Below, piece after piece: positions 13,428 to 27,378 of a stretch of DNA of 64,000 bases (the first letter of the stretch is position 1; each line of letters opens with the position of its first letter). The position numbers were made by a program, and so were the translations under genes. The notes beneath the pieces were generated by a model. The model did not search any database, was not told where the DNA came from, and worked only from the letters and a program-made list of their open reading frames with translations. This DNA comes from Hypanus sabinus (Eukaryota), in the NCBI RefSeq assembly GCF_030144855.1, contig NC_082709.1, positions 45,880,001 through 45,944,000 on the forward strand, in the 5' to 3' direction.

Positions 13428-14507
13428 TGTTGGTTATTTAATATTTCAGTAATATTTGAGTCATATTACAAATATATTGTTCGATTAAACATTCTTGTTT
13501 GTTTATATTATGCATATATGTAAACGTATGTGACTGGCATACATCACCATGCCACTGTGTTTATTGCATGCCTCCCTAAGTCTAAAAACAAAGTTTACAG
13601 GCTTCTCTCAGGTTCCCTTGTTTTTCTTTTAATTAGTTTTAGGTTTTGAAGTTTCAAAGCATAGCAGTGGCAATGAGGAAGATTTAAATTAACCCATGAT
13701 GACTACCTACCTGTTGAAGTGCAACCAGATGTTCAAGTTCAAAAACATTACAGCACAGTTTTATTCTTCACAACAAGAGAAAGATGTTCAAATTTTAAAA
13801 AGGTAGAAAACAACCAAGTTCACGTGTTCACAGTGAGGACCAGCTGATAATAATAAATGTTTTAAAATCAAGGAGAAATATCTGGCTAGAAGCTGCAGAA
13901 GGTTATAAATCTAGTCAGCTCCATCTTGGGCACTAGCCTACAAAATACCCAGCACATCTTCGGGGAGTGGTGTCTCAGAGATAATTAAGGACCTTCAGCA
14001 CCCAGAGCATGCCCTTTTCTCACTGTTACTGTCAGGTAAGAGGTACAGAAACCTGAAGGCACACACTCAGCAGTACAGGAACAGCTTCTTCCCCTCTGCC
14101 ATCTGATTCCTAAGTGGACATTAAATCTTTGGACACTCCCTCACTTTTTTTTATATGCAGTATTTCTGTTATTGCATATTTTTAAAACTCTATTCAATAT
14201 ATGTAATTGAATTACTTTTTAATGTATTATTATGTTTTATTTTATCTATTTTTTTCTCACTGCTAGATTATGTATTGCATTGAACTGCTACTGCTAAGTT
14301 AACAAATTTCATACCACATGCTGGTGATAATAAACCTGATTCTGATTATATTGCAAAGGTACATTCAATTACACAAGAGGTAACTAGATATTGTATACTG
14401 AGTGAATTGAGCAGTATTTTAAAGCAAATGAAATGACCAATGAAAAGCAAGTACCAGTTTTCCTAAGTGCATTAAGTGGAAAAATATACAATTTGCTTAG
14501 ATCTTTG
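13428..14507 (+). mobile_element. Gypsy LTR retrotransposon 5' remnant (LTR 13428-13666, PBS-like 13668-13679, start of gag)
   Basis: TGTT...AGCA LTR followed by tggcaatgagga (decayed TGGCGACGAGGA primer-binding site); gag-like IEQYFKANEMTNEKQVPVFLSALSGKIYNLLRSL. Confidence 0.75.
13888..14347 (+). mobile_element. Rex1/Babar LINE 3' fragment inserted at the start of Gypsy gag
   Basis: KLQKVINLVSSILGTSL...RYRNLKAHTQQYRNSFFPSAI, ending in gataataaacctgattctgat. Confidence 0.8.
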
Positions 14508-15479
14508 TGGGTAGTGTGTCAGCTGTCTGCAAACCATTCATGCCAATGTAGAGAGGCCGCAGCAGGAGCAATAAATCTTTATGTTCCTGTTGGGTTGAAA
14601 GGGAAGGTTAAAAATTTGAGAGAGCCATGGTTTTCAAGGGATATTGGAAACTTGGTTCAGAAAAAGAGAGAGATCTACAATAAATATAGGGAGCATAGAG
14701 CAAATGAGATGCTCGAAGAATATAAAAAATGTAAAAAGAATCTTAAGGAAATTAGAAAAGCTAAAAGAAGATATGAGGTTGCTTTTGCAAGTAAGGTGAA
14801 AATAAATCCAAAGGATTTCTACAGTTATATTAATAGCATAATATTAGGGGAGTAATGGTGGGCCTTCATTTCGATTGTCTCCACTGCCTACCTGGCTGTC
14901 CAGACCAAATGATAGTGTTTATGTATCTGAAATGGGAAGGGTGCTAGGATAAGGTTGTTGAGCAAGACAGGCAGCAAAGTAAGAGGAGTATGCTTTCACC
15001 ATCTTATAAATCAGGAAAATTTGGACTGAGAGGAAACAGAGAGGCAAAGCAGGATCAGTAACGAGAACATAGTCACCTTCAGTCTCTCTACCACTCTCAG
15101 CCATTGCAGTTATTATGCTGGTGTTGTATTTTCTCCTGTCACTGCTTCTGCTACCATCTCACCCCATGGAAAACAGACAAAAGTGTTTCAGTAACTGTTG
15201 TGGATTGCACATCTGTGAGATGTGGGTGTGACTTTGAACAGCAAAGGTGCTTGGAGTTTGGTGAAAGGATTGAGCTGAGGCCAAAGGTAATAGTGGGATC
15301 TGTAATAATGTATTCAAGAATACATTCACTGAGCTTGACCATTTATATAAGGCTTGTGACTGTAACTAAGTTCTTAGGGCATGATTACATGGCCGAAGCA
15401 TCATAAACACAGACCTGAGGTTGTATTTGAAGTAATTGGGGGTAATGGATGTCAAACAGGGCTGTAGACAGATAGTTTT

Positions 15480-18400
15480 CATTTATTTATTATTTTTTCT
15501 TTCATTTTGCATATTTATAGCAGTGGGTATGCCATGCAGAATAGTGGAAACCTCCTCTTGTGGGATTTGGGAAGGCAGGGAGATGACCAGTGTCCCTGAC
15601 AATTACATCTGCAAGAAGAGCATCCATTTGCAGCTTCTAACAGACCCTGTTAAGGAGTTGGAGCTGGAACTGGATGAAATCCAGACCTTTCGGGAGATTG
15701 AAGCTGATGAGTTGATAGACAAGATATACAGGGAGGTAGTTATACCAAAGGTGCAGGACACAAGAAACTGAGTGACTGTCAGGTGGAGGAAAGGGGATAG
15801 TCAGACAGTACCCCTTGGAAATTGTTGGTAGTGGAGGGGGGGAGACCTAGCAGAGCAAAGCCTCAGTGGCCAGGTCTCTGACACTGGTTCTGACTCTGTG
15901 GCTCAAAATGGAAAGGGAAGAAGAGGCAAGTTGTGGTGATAAGGGATTCATTGGTTAGGGGAATAGAAAGGAGGTTCTGTGGACGAGAACGAGATTGTCA
16001 GATGGTTTGCTGCCTCCCAGGTGCCAGGGTCAGGGACATCTCAGATGAGGTTCACTGCATTCTTAAGTGGGAGGATGAGCAGCCAGAGGTCATGGTCCAC
16101 ATTGGTACAAATGATATGGGTAGGAGGGATGACGAGGTCCTGCAAAGTAAGTTCAGGGCTACTAAATCAAAGGACAGGACTTCCAGGATTGTGATCTCAG
16201 GACTGCTACTGGTGTCATGTGCTAGTGAGGCCAGAAATAGTGAGATCATACAGTTTAACCTGCGGCTAGTGAGATGGTGCAGGAGGGAGGACTTCAGAAT
16301 TTTGGATTATTGGGCTCTCTTTCAGGGAAGCTGGAACCTGTAAAGAAGGGATACTTTGCGTCTGAGATGGAGGGGCACTAATATCCTAGTGGGAAGGATG
16401 CATGAGAGAGGTTAAACTAAGGTTGCAGGAGGATTGGAACCAGAGTGGAGACATTGTAGAAATGTTAAGCCTACATATAAAGTTGGAATTCAAAAGGTTG
16501 AGCATGGTGGGACTAATATTCTAAACTATGTATATGTCAATGCAAGGAGCATTGTAGGAAAGGCAGATGACTTTAGGGCACAGATCAGTGCATGGAATTC
16601 TGACATTGTAGCTATTATTGCGACTTGGTTGCAGGAGGAGCACGACTGGCTGCTTGATGTCCTGGGGTTTCATTGTTTCATGTATGATGCAGCGTGAGGG
16701 ATTAAAGATGGAGGGTTGGCATTACTAGTTAGGAAACATGTCACGGCAGTGCTCAGTCAGGATGGACTGGAAAGCTTGTCCATGGAATTTAGAGGAGAAA
16801 ATTTGAAGAAAGATCGCAGATGGTTGCTAGAGACATAATGTTGTGATTGAAATTCCCATACTGTAAAAGGGCTGGATGGAAAAGAGTTTATCACATGTGT
16901 TCAGTAAAGATTCCTTAATCAGCACATAGAATTCCAACGAGAGTGTGTAATACTTGATCTCCTATTAAGGAATGAGACATGGCATGCGACAGAAGTTTGT
17001 GTAGGGAAACTCTTTGTGCCTAGCGATCATAATGCCTTTAGTGTCAAGGTAATTAGGAAAAGGATGGATCTGGTCCTTGGGTTGATGTTCTAACTTGGAT
17101 AAAGGCCAATTTTGATGGTATCAGAAAGGATCTGGCAAGTGTGGATTGGGAAAGGTTGTTTTTGGCAAAAATGTGCTTAGTAAGTTGGAGGCATTCAGAA
17201 GTAAAAGTTTGGGAGAACAGAGTTTGTATGATCCTGTCAGAATAAAAGACAAGAACAGCAAGTTCAATGAACCTTGGTTTGTGAGAGATATTGAGGCCCC
17301 GGTTAAGATAATGAAGGACATGCATAGCAGGTATAGGCAAATAGGATCAAATAAGATACTTAGAAATGTAAGAGAACACTTAAGTAAATCTGGGAGGGTT
17401 AAAAGAGGACATGAGGTTGCTCTGGCAGACAAGGTGAAGGAGAATCCTAAGGGCTTCTACAGGTATAAGAGCAAAAGGATAGCAAGGGACAAAATTGGTC
17501 TTCTGGAGGATCAGAGTGGTAACCAATATAGGGATCCGAAAGAGACAGGGATCTTTTGCGTCTGTATTTACTCAGGAGACGGACACTGATTCAAGAGAAG
17601 TCTAGCAAAGCAGCAGTGAGGTCATGGACACTATATAGATAACAGAGAAGGAAGGGCTGTCTGTCTTGAGACAAACTAGGGCGGGTAAATCCCCAGGGAT
17701 TAACAGGGTGTTCCTTTGGACCCCGTGGAAGGCTAGTGTAGAAATTGCAGGGGGCCTAGCAGAGATATTTAAAATGCCCTTAACCATGGGTGAGATGCCA
17801 GAGAATTGGAGGATAGCTAATATTGTTCTCTTGATTAAGAAAGGCTCTAAGAATAAGCTAGGAAACTATAGGCCAATGAGCCTGACAGTGGTGGGAAGGT
17901 TATTGGAAGGTATTCTGAGGTACTGAATATATAAGTATTGGGATAGACAGGGACTGATTAGAGATAGTCAACGTCACTTTGTACATTGTAGTTCATGTCT
18001 AACCAATCTTATAGAGTTTTTTTCCAGGAAGTCACCAGAAAGCTGATAAAGGCAAAGCAATGGGTGTTGGCTACATGGACCTTACCAAGGCCTTTGATAA
18101 GATCCCGCATGGGATGTTGGTCAAAAAAGTACAGTTGTTTAGCATTCAAGATGAGATAGTAAAAGATTCGGCACCGGCTTTGTGGGAGAAGTGAGAAAGT
18201 GGTAGTAGATAGTTGCTTCTTTGACTGGAGGCCTGTGACTAGAGATGTGCCACAGGGATCAGTGCTGGGTCCGTTGTTGTTTGTCATCCATTTCAACGAT
18301 CTGGATGATAATGTTGGTTAATTGGATCAACAAATTTGTAGGTGACACCAAGATTGGGTGTGTAGTGGAGAGCGAGGATGGCTATTAAAGCTTGCAGCTG

Positions 18401-19185
18401 GATCTGGACCAGCTGGAAATGAGTTGAAAAATGGTAGGTGGAATTTAATGCAGACAAGTATGAGGTGTTGCACTTTGGGAGGACCAACCAGTGTTGGTCT
18501 TACACAGTGAGCGGGAGGGCACTGAGTACTAGAATAGAAAGATCTGGGAATACAGATTCACAATTCCTTAAAAGTTAAATAGGGTCATAAAGAAAACTTC
18601 TGGCACAAGGGCATTCTTGTATTGAGTACATGAGTTGGGATGTTATGTTGAAATTGCATAAGATGTTGGTGAGGCCTAATTTAGATTACTGAGTACAGGT
18701 TTGGTCACGCACCTACAGGAAAGATGTCAATAAGATTGAAAGAATGCAGAAAAAAATTTACAAGGATATTGTCAAGACTTGAGTTATAGGGAAACATTGA
18801 ATAGTTTAGGACTTTATTCCTTAGATTACAGGAGGATGAGCGGAGATTTGACAGAGGTATACAAAATTATGAGGGGTATAGATAGGGTAAATGCGAGCAG
18901 GCTTTTTCCACTGAGGTCACGTGTTGAGGGTGAATGGTGAAATATTTAAGGGAACCATGAGGAGGAACTTCATCACTCTGAGAGCAGTAAGAGTGAGGAA
19001 CAAGCTACCAGCACAAGTGGTGGATGCGGGTTAAATTTCAACATCGGAGAGAAGTTTATGATGGGAGTGGTGTGGGGGGCTAAGGTCCAAGTGCAGGTCA
19101 GTGGGGATAGGCAGATTAATGGTTTGGCACAGACTAGACGGGCTGAAGGATCCGTTTCTGTACTGTGGTGCTCTATGACTTCATG
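15480..19185 (+). mobile_element. Degenerate, near-full-length CR1 LINE
   Basis: ORF1 zinc finger (ORF 15436), GDS-type esterase (ORF 15933), APE endonuclease start NARSIVGK (ORF 16434), RT remnants and 3' tail (ctatgact); many stops and frameshifts. Confidence 0.92.
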
Positions 19186-19904
19186 ACCTCTTACCCTTTA
19201 CCTCATCTCCACTACAGTCTCTATTGCAGTTCCTGAAAATCTTGGAGCCTGTCCCCTCTTGGTCATTTTCATTTTGTAAAATGCCCTCCAGCATCAACTC
19301 CAGCCACAGTGCGCTTTCACTTTAAAAGAGGCAGGCAGTACTTGAAATATCGGCCTCTTTCAGTCAGTCAGGGGACAGGCACGCAAGGGAATGCTCCCCA
19401 CTCGTTGGATTAAGACAGTGGAAATGGAAATCAAGCTGCTCAGTACAGTCCAAAACAAAGCCGCCCACCAGATTGGCATCCATCCACCATCCTAAACATT
19501 CCCTCCTCTGCTAGAGCACGGTGGTTGTGAAGTGCACCACCAATATAAATACCACAGTTACTCCCCCAGGCATGACCTGTACCACCATGGTGGAGAAGGA
19601 CAGCTAACGATGGGAAGACTGATGCTGGTAGGATCCCTTCCAGGTTGCACACCATTCTGTGTTGTATACATGACAACAGCTCTGAATCCCAACAACACCA
19701 TCAGAACATTTTCACCCAGAAAGACGAGCAGCTCACAGGGGGCTTGCCGTTACCTTGTCATGGGCATTTGGGATGGGTAATAAAAGCTGGCTGTAGTTCC
19801 TCCAGCAATTTGTGTGTGTTGTTCCGGCTCTACTGGTGATGCTTGGATCCTGAAAATAAATATATTAAGGAAAATAAAACAGCAAGGTTAGCATGAAGGT
19901 TAAG

Positions 19905-20165
19905 AAGTTTAAAGATTGGCTTCATTGTCACATTTACTTCTCAACATCGACACATGCATCGAAATGGATTGTTTACGCCAAGTTAAACCAGCTGGGAGCA
20001 GCCTGCCAGTGTTGCCATGCTCCAGGTGCCAGCATGGCATTCCCACAACTTACCAGCTCTAACACCAACCCTCTATCTTTGGAATGTGGAGGAAACCCAC
20101 GTGGTCACAGGGAAAACGGACAGCAGTGGGAATTGAACCCCAACAAGTGGCTGTACCGTGCCACT
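19905..20165 (-). mobile_element. tRNA-derived SINE (HE1/V-SINE-like), degenerate
   Basis: Contains tctttggaatgtggaggaaaccc, the reverse complement of the core shared with 37745-38035. Confidence 0.65.
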
Positions 20166-21054
20166 ATTAGGTGAATGATGTGACTACTACAATTGGCTGA
20201 CAGTGTGCTGCCTGACCAGGAATGGGTTAATCATACATTATTTCATACACCATTTTGGAGCTACTGAGTCTCCTAAATCCACTAAATAAGCAGAACACAC
20301 ATTTGGCAGAGTGTTTATTCCATATCTTCGCTTTAGAATGAACACCACTTTTCAGTTTCTCTTGACATCTTTCATTCATCACCACAACTATAATGTGTGT
20401 TTCTATAATGGCTTTCTGTAAGGATATCCCCCAAGGTTCTACATAGGAATATTATTCAACAAAGCCTTGACACCAAGCCATAGAAAGTTGCAAACGCTCA
20501 GGAAGCTGAAGGTTCAGACTAAGGTAGGTTTAAAGGAGCATCTTAGTACTTTAAGGTGGACATTCCAGAGCTCAGAGCCTACAGCTAATAATAAATAGAC
20601 CAGATTTGATGGGGGGGGGCAGCGATCTGGAAAACTTGTTGGAGAACACAGAGGTAGAGCAGGTGATACACGAGGGACTTGAAAACAGAGATTATCTGAA
20701 AACTCGAGCTGAAACTTAGAACAGCAGCACAGGTATTACAGAGGGAATAAAACATTCATATAAATATTTTTAAAAATCCAAGTTTAAAACCTGGTGGCAA
20801 GTAGACTGGAGATGGGCAGCAATGAAGCTTTGGGTCGGGGTGACTAAAAAATACTGAACATACTCTAGGGCAATGAGCACGCTGCTCAGGAGAGAGCATA
20901 AAAAACAAAATGTACTTTAGACATCGGACTTTTCAAGCTTAAAATCACTGTAGAGCCAGGTGAGAAAAACTTCAGCTTCAATTCTCAACATGCGGACTTT
21001 ATATCAGAAAGCAGTTGGAAGAGAGTTCTGACATCCTTGTCTTTAACATTCCAG

Positions 21055-21113
21055 CATCATGGATCGAGAGGTCGCATTGATGACAGAAATGGATAAAGTC
21101 AAAAAGGAAGCTA
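21055..21113 (+). CDS. SPATS2L: SPATS2L internal coding exon (59 bp); the preceding exon was not found and probably lies upstream of the window
   Basis: ttccag|C...GCTA|gtaagt; translates (x)IMDREVALMTEMDKVKKEA, matching my recollection of vertebrate SPATS2L 'IIDKEVSLMAEMDKVKEEA'; the terminal A joins TG of the next exon to give ATG. Confidence 0.93.
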
Positions 21114-22302
21114 GTAAGTAAAATAATGACTTTCCTTTGTCACGGCTGGTTGGGAGAAAAAACTTGAAAATTTGCGTCAGGGTTCTGTTTTTCTCAATAC
21201 TTGTTTTATTAACTACACACTTGAGGTTGTAGATCCTGGAATGTGGAACAAAAGAAAACTGCTGTGAGAACGCTGTGGTTTGGGCAACATGCTCCTTGTT
21301 CTGTTATCAGTCATTCAGCTCTTTGAGCATTCATAAGAAGGAATGTCTTGTTCATGTATGAAAGCTGTTGCAACTTCAGGTCACCCCTGGTAATCCTCTA
21401 TCAATGAGGTACTATTGAAGCAGTGGCTCAGATGTCATATAGGAAATAAACTGCACCCTATAAGTGGCCATTCTTTGAGATTTAGTATCGGCTGTATATC
21501 CACAATTCTTGCAGCAGATGAGTCATCTTCTGTCTGGTAAATGAATTGTTCAACTTTCAGACTGTACTGTTGTTTGGATATAACACTGTTTAATTCTGAG
21601 AGCAGAAAGGGAATCGCTTATGGTGCAGGGTCTCTTCCCATTATGTTGCCAATTCCTTCCTCCCCATGGATACTGCCGGATCTGCGGATTTCTTCCAACA
21701 GGGTCCTTTGTGTGCAGTCTCATTTCTCCAACTCCTAAAATATTGGCTGAACTAGATTTTTAAAAAAACAGAGAATTTTACACACTGGTCAGCAATGTGT
21801 TTTTTTAGCATTTCTTTTAGATAGTCTTCAGATTGAATTCGCTTAAATGAGTTCTTGTCCACAAATCTGGTCAAAATTGCAGTGTTTCCACCAGAAATAA
21901 CTTTGAAACTGTAGTTATTTTCTTTTATAAGTATTTACATGTTTAAACATTCTTAACTTATTAAAAAAAATGAAGTCACAACAAATGGGAATTGTCAATG
22001 ATTCAATCCTGTCCTCTCAAGTAATTTTCACTTCAATATGTGTAATAGGAAAGCTAATATTTCATGCGTCCACAATTTTTTAAAATATATCAATTGCCAT
22101 ATGAAATCACTTGGAGAAATACTCATTACTGAAGGACAAGCAACATGATTTGTTCTTGGAATATCAAATTTGATTGAGTTCCTGGATTAAGTAATCAAGG
22201 AACTTTTGAAAGAGGAGCTGACTGCTGTATGATCACAGAGCAGACACAATGGGCTGAATGGCCTAATTCTACCTCTGTGTCTTATTTCTTACAGTAGCTA
22301 TA

Positions 22303-22759
22303 CAGACTCATTAGTCCCTTTATTGGGTTAGGAGGTGCCTACTGAAGTGGCCAATGAGTGCTTTTCTGAATATTCATGGTCTGCTGCTGTAGCCCACCCA
22401 CTTCAAAGTATGATGTATTATGCACTCAAAGATGCTCTTCTGCCCACCACAGTAGGAATGCATGGTTATTTGAGTTACTGGCACCTTCCCGTCAGCTTGA
22501 ACCAGTCTGGCCCTTTCACTCTGATCTCTCACTAGCAAGGAGATTTCACCCACAGAACTGCCGCTCACTGGATGTTTTGTTTCTGTTTCTCACGCCATTC
22601 TCTGTAAACTCCGGAGACTATTGTGCACGAAAATTCCAGAAGATCAGACGTTTCTGAGATACTCAAACCACATGAGTTGCTGCCACATGACTGGCTGATT
22701 ACATATATGTATTAACAAGCAGGAGTCTGGGTGTACCTAATAAAATGACCATTGAGTGA
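22303..22759. mobile_element. Non-autonomous Tc1-like DNA transposon
   Basis: TA-preceded left end cagactcattagtccctttattggg and right end tgtacctaataaaatgaccattgagtg form decayed inverted repeats. Confidence 0.6.
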
Positions 22760-22779
22760 AAATCTTTCCAAAGGACTCT

Positions 22780-24300
22780 TGATAAGGTCTTCAGATACTT
22801 ATTCAAATTTTAGGAACATATGGCAAGACATTTGGTAACTCAGGTACAAAATTGGTGAAGTGTTGGAAAGCAAAGAGTAGACATGAATGGATGTATTTAG
22901 CAGGGTTGCCCAGTGAGGTTGAGATAAGGCATCTGGTGACTAATAAATGACCTGGACCTGGTTCAAGAAGTATAGTGTTGACATTTATGGATGAAGTAAG
23001 AACCTAACATTATGATACATTGACCAGGGTAGTACTGATTTTAGGGGAGCTCAATTCAACGTGAAGTATCAAGTTTATATTTTACCTCATTTTGGGAAGT
23101 TTAAAATAGAGGAGGAGGGTGGTCTAAATGATATTGTTTTGACATCGGTACATCTTCACAAATCTTGACAGGATGATTAAGAAAATGTATTGGATACTTT
23201 GGCTTATAAATAGGAGACTGAATATAAACATGAACTTCTATAAATCTTTGTTTAGACCTCGGTTAACCTGTGTGTGAATCTCACTTTAGGGAATAAAAGA
23301 AGTTTTATCAGGACAGTAGGTACAAGTGAGACTTGCAGAGGAAGGTCTGGGGAAGCTGGTTAAGGGAAAACATAGGAGAGGTGTTAAAAACTAGGTGTTT
23401 GTGAAAGGGGTCATATGAGAAACCACCTCCTCTGGCAAGTGAGCCAGTAACCAGCAGTCATGGTCTTCAAGCAAGAGGAAGAAAAGTTTCGCCATATGAA
23501 TGGACTGTTGAATCAGGGACACACTCGATGTAAAAGAACTACAGAATTCGAATCCTTGGGAGCTTTTAAAGCAATTGGACACATACTTGAATAAGAAAGC
23601 TTTCAGAACTAGGGGAAAAACGGAGGTGAGTGCTTGGGCTGGACGTCCTTATCATAGGGTTAGGATAGAGTGATGGGTTGAATTGAACTTGCTTTGCTCT
23701 AAGATTCAATGACCCTGATCCTTGGCCAACAATGGAAAATGCACAGAAAGGCAGAGTATTTATTAAATTATGATAGATTGGGAAATGCTGATTTTTCAAA
23801 GAGACATACTTGTCTTTGTTCACTAATCACTGAAAGCTTACATGCAGGTACAGAAAGCAAAGGACAGGCAAATACATGTTTCCTTTGATTGTGAGAGAAT
23901 TTGAGTACAGGAGTAAGAATGCCTCATAGTAATTTTTCAGGGCCTGGTGAGATTGGACCTGAAGAACTGAGCACAGTTTTGGTTTCCTGTTACTTGCAAC
24001 AGAGGTTCTGTTAACAGATATTCCCCACACAGGAAAGATGTATCAACCAGGGTGTAATCTTTTGAGATGAGAAGAATGAAAACTAATTTCATTGACACTT
24101 CCAAACGAAGTAGAGATCTCAACAATGTGAATACAGGGAAAATGCTTCCCTGGCCGGGCCTAAGTGCCGCAGATTTATTCTGATGCAGGCAATTTACAAC
24201 TAAGGTGAGGAGAAATTTCTTCGCTCACAGTGGTGAATATTTAGAATTCATGACTCTGGAGGACTGTGGAGATTCACTTGAAACAAAGGTTTCTGCATGT
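22780..24300 (+). mobile_element. Old, heavily decayed CR1 fragments
   Basis: Two runs of RT/3'-region similarity with many indels and no intact ORF. Confidence 0.6.
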
Positions 24301-24304
24301 TCAG

Positions 24305-24945
24305 ATTCAAAGATTTAAAGGTTCAAAGTACATTTATTATCAAAGTATTATGCAATATACATCCCTAAAATTCATCTTCTCTACAGACAGCCACGAAACA
24401 AAGAAAAGCCATGAACCCATTCAAAGAAAATAAATCAATCCCCTCAACGTGAAAAACAAAAATAAATCACGCGAACAGCATAAAAAAGACGGAAAAACTC
24501 AGAATATAAACCAAAATCAAAAGAGTCCAGGCATATTTAGTGCAGCTCAGTTCAGTGCAGTTTAATCTAGTGCTATGTTATTTGTCATCTGCAAGCTGCC
24601 CCAATCATAAATCTCCCAAAATAGCAACAGCAAAAGAAGCAACGAGAAATCAGAAACGCATCATAATGTAAACTAGAGAGTTCAATCCACAAGCCGTGTC
24701 GACTAAACCTTGCCCAAGACTCGCTGCTCGAGCACAATCCTCTGGTAGCATCGAGAGGAGTGAGAGAGAGAGAGGCCATTCAAATTCAGCATCCTTCCTC
24801 CAGGAGCAGCAAGCGAGAGGAAGAGATGGACCGTCACACGCAAGCACCTTCCTCTGGCAGCAGTGAACAAGGGGCTGGTAGTTAGCGCTCCTTTGATGCA
24901 TCAGAAACCAGAAAAGGAAATGTGATTGCGTACAGTTGTGAAATA
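24305..24945 (-). mobile_element. Non-coding interspersed repeat with a Rex1-like 3' tail
   Basis: Left end ttcaaagtacatttattatcaaag is the reverse complement of the tail at ~33010-33035. Confidence 0.5.
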
Positions 24946-24950
24946 TACTT

Positions 24951-26080
24951 AACATAGAACATAGAATAGTACAGCACAGTACAGGCCCTTCAGCTCCCAA
25001 TGTTGCGTCAACCCTTAAACCCTGCCTCCCATATAACCCCCACCTTAAATTCCTCCATATACCTGTCTAGTAGTCTCTTAAATTTCACTAGTGTATCTGC
25101 CTCCACCACTGACTCAGGCAGTGCATTCCATGCACCAACCACTCTCTGAGTGAAAAACCTTCCTCTAAAATCTCCCTTGAACTTTCCTCCCCTTACCTTA
25201 AAGCCATGTCCTCTTGTATTGAGCAGTGGTGCCCTGGGGAAGAGGTGCTGGCTGTCCACTCTATCCATTCCTCTTAATATCTTTTATACCTCTATCATGT
25301 CTCCTCTCATCCTCCTTCTCTTCAAAGAGTAAAGTCCTAGCTCCCTTAATCTCTGATCATAATGCATACTCTCTAAACCAGGCAGCATCCTGGTAAATCT
25401 CCTCTGTACCCTTTCCAATGCTTCCACATCCTTTCTATAGTGAGGCAACCAGAAATGGGCACAGTACTCCAAGTGTGGCCTAACTAGAGATTTATAGAGC
25501 TGCATCTTAAAATTTATCAACTCTTAAAATTTATCCCTCTACCTATGAAAGCTAACACCCCATAAGCTTTCTTAACTACCCTATCAACCTGTGAGGCAAC
25601 TTTCAGGGATCTGTGGACATGTACCCCCAGATCCCTCTGCTCCTCCACACTACCAAGTATCCTGCCATTTACTTTGTACTCTGCCTTGGAGTTTGTCCTT
25701 CCAATGTGTGCCACCTCACACTTCTCTGGATTGAACTCCATCTGCCTCTTCTCAGCCCACTTCTGCATCCTATTAATGTCTCTCTGCAATCTTCAACAAT
25801 CCTCAACACTAACCACAACACCACCAACCTTTGCGTCGTCTGCAAACTTGCCAACTCACCCTTCTACTCTCACATCCAGGTCGTTAATAAAAATCACGAA
25901 AAGTAGGTGGTCCCAGAACCAATCCTTGTGGGACACCACTAGTCACAACCCTCCAATCCGAATGTACTCCCTCCACCGTGACCCTTTGCTTTCCGCAGGC
26001 AAGCCAATTCTGAATCCACCGGGCCAAACTTCCCTCGATCTCATGCCTTCTGACTTTCTGAATAAGCCTACCGTGTGGAA
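24951..26080 (-). mobile_element. Relatively young 5'-truncated CR1 LINE
   Basis: ORFs 25008, 25284 and 25517 (FNPEKCEV, YKSLVRPHLEYC, LERVQRRFTRMLPGL); tail (aacatag)n at 24951. Confidence 0.93.
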
Positions 26081-27378
26081 CATGCCAAGAAGGTAGAGGG
26101 TGGCAATCTTTTGTATACTGGTTAAATTCCTTTGTGCGCTAGTAGCAAAAGATGTGTGTGCATGTGAGCACCAGAGAGGGAACATTGCCCACCACTCCCT
26201 GTGTAATTAAAAAAAAACCTTGACCTGTACATCTCCTTTAAACCTAATCCCTCTCACCAGAAATGTATGCTGTCTAGAATTAGAGATTTCAACCCCAGGA
26301 GCTGTCAACTCTATCAATCCCTCTCATAATCTTATAAATTTCATTCAGAACTCCCCCGGCCTCCACTGTTCCAGAGAATCCAAGTTTGGCAAATTTGCCA
26401 TTAACCATGCACTGTCTGTTCACATTTGATCTTCCAACCTCACACTTAGCTAGATTAAACTCAACTACCACCTCTCCGCCCATGTCTGCAACTGATCCAT
26501 GTCCCCCTGTCTCCTCTGGCAATTTTCTACACAGTCACCAACACCATCAACCTTTGTATTATCTGCAGACCTACTGACATACCCATCCAAATCTTCACTC
26601 AAATCATTTGTAATGACCGCGGTCAGACCAGAATGAAATAGAACCAACTGTTCCAATTCTGATGAGGTTATTTTGTACATTGAATACTAAATACAATAAT
26701 TAAAAACACTTAATGAGTAAATTTTCACCCATGTCAATTGCTTCAATTTACTGCTCAGCAATTCATCATGAACAGTATTAGAAAAAGAAAGGGAAGCAAT
26801 AATGTTCTGTTAGACTCTCCAATTATTCTTGTTCTTGGAAATTTTTAGATTTATGATTAGGTTTACTATTAGGTGAATTTACTATTTAGTTTTTAAACTA
26901 CTTAATTTACTATTAGATCTTGAAATCCAGCTGGTACAATAACAAGCATATCTGTGCCAGTTTCTTCACTGCATTAAATAATTTGGGGTGTAAGTTCCCC
27001 AGCTGCAGGGTCCTGGCCTGTACAAGCCACTGGTTTAAGGTTGTCCAAATGTAAGGCAGAGTCTCCTTGCTCCACATTGTGTGAGGTGCCAACAGCAGCA
27101 TCACCTCAGAGGCGACTCACCATTAGAGGCGAGCACTGCTGTGGTAAGTTCTCTGAGGAAGCTCATGAATCCAGCGTCCTCTGGAAGTGGGAGCTTTCCT
27201 TCTCTAGTGGGCCCCACAGCACTTAAGAAACAACTTCATGTGGTTATTGCCTTGCATGGTTTTGAGAAAGTGAAGATAGTGGCAGAGATCTCAGACAGCA
27301 ACGAGACAAAAGCAGAGAGTGTGCCCTGTACGGCAGAAAAAGCCACCAATAACCCACTCCTCATTCATCAGGCTCCTG

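Noticed and set aside
25505-25535. Direct repeat tcttaaaatttatc as a target-site duplication
   Set aside because: Only 3 bp separate the copies; more likely a local slippage or repair scar inside CR1.
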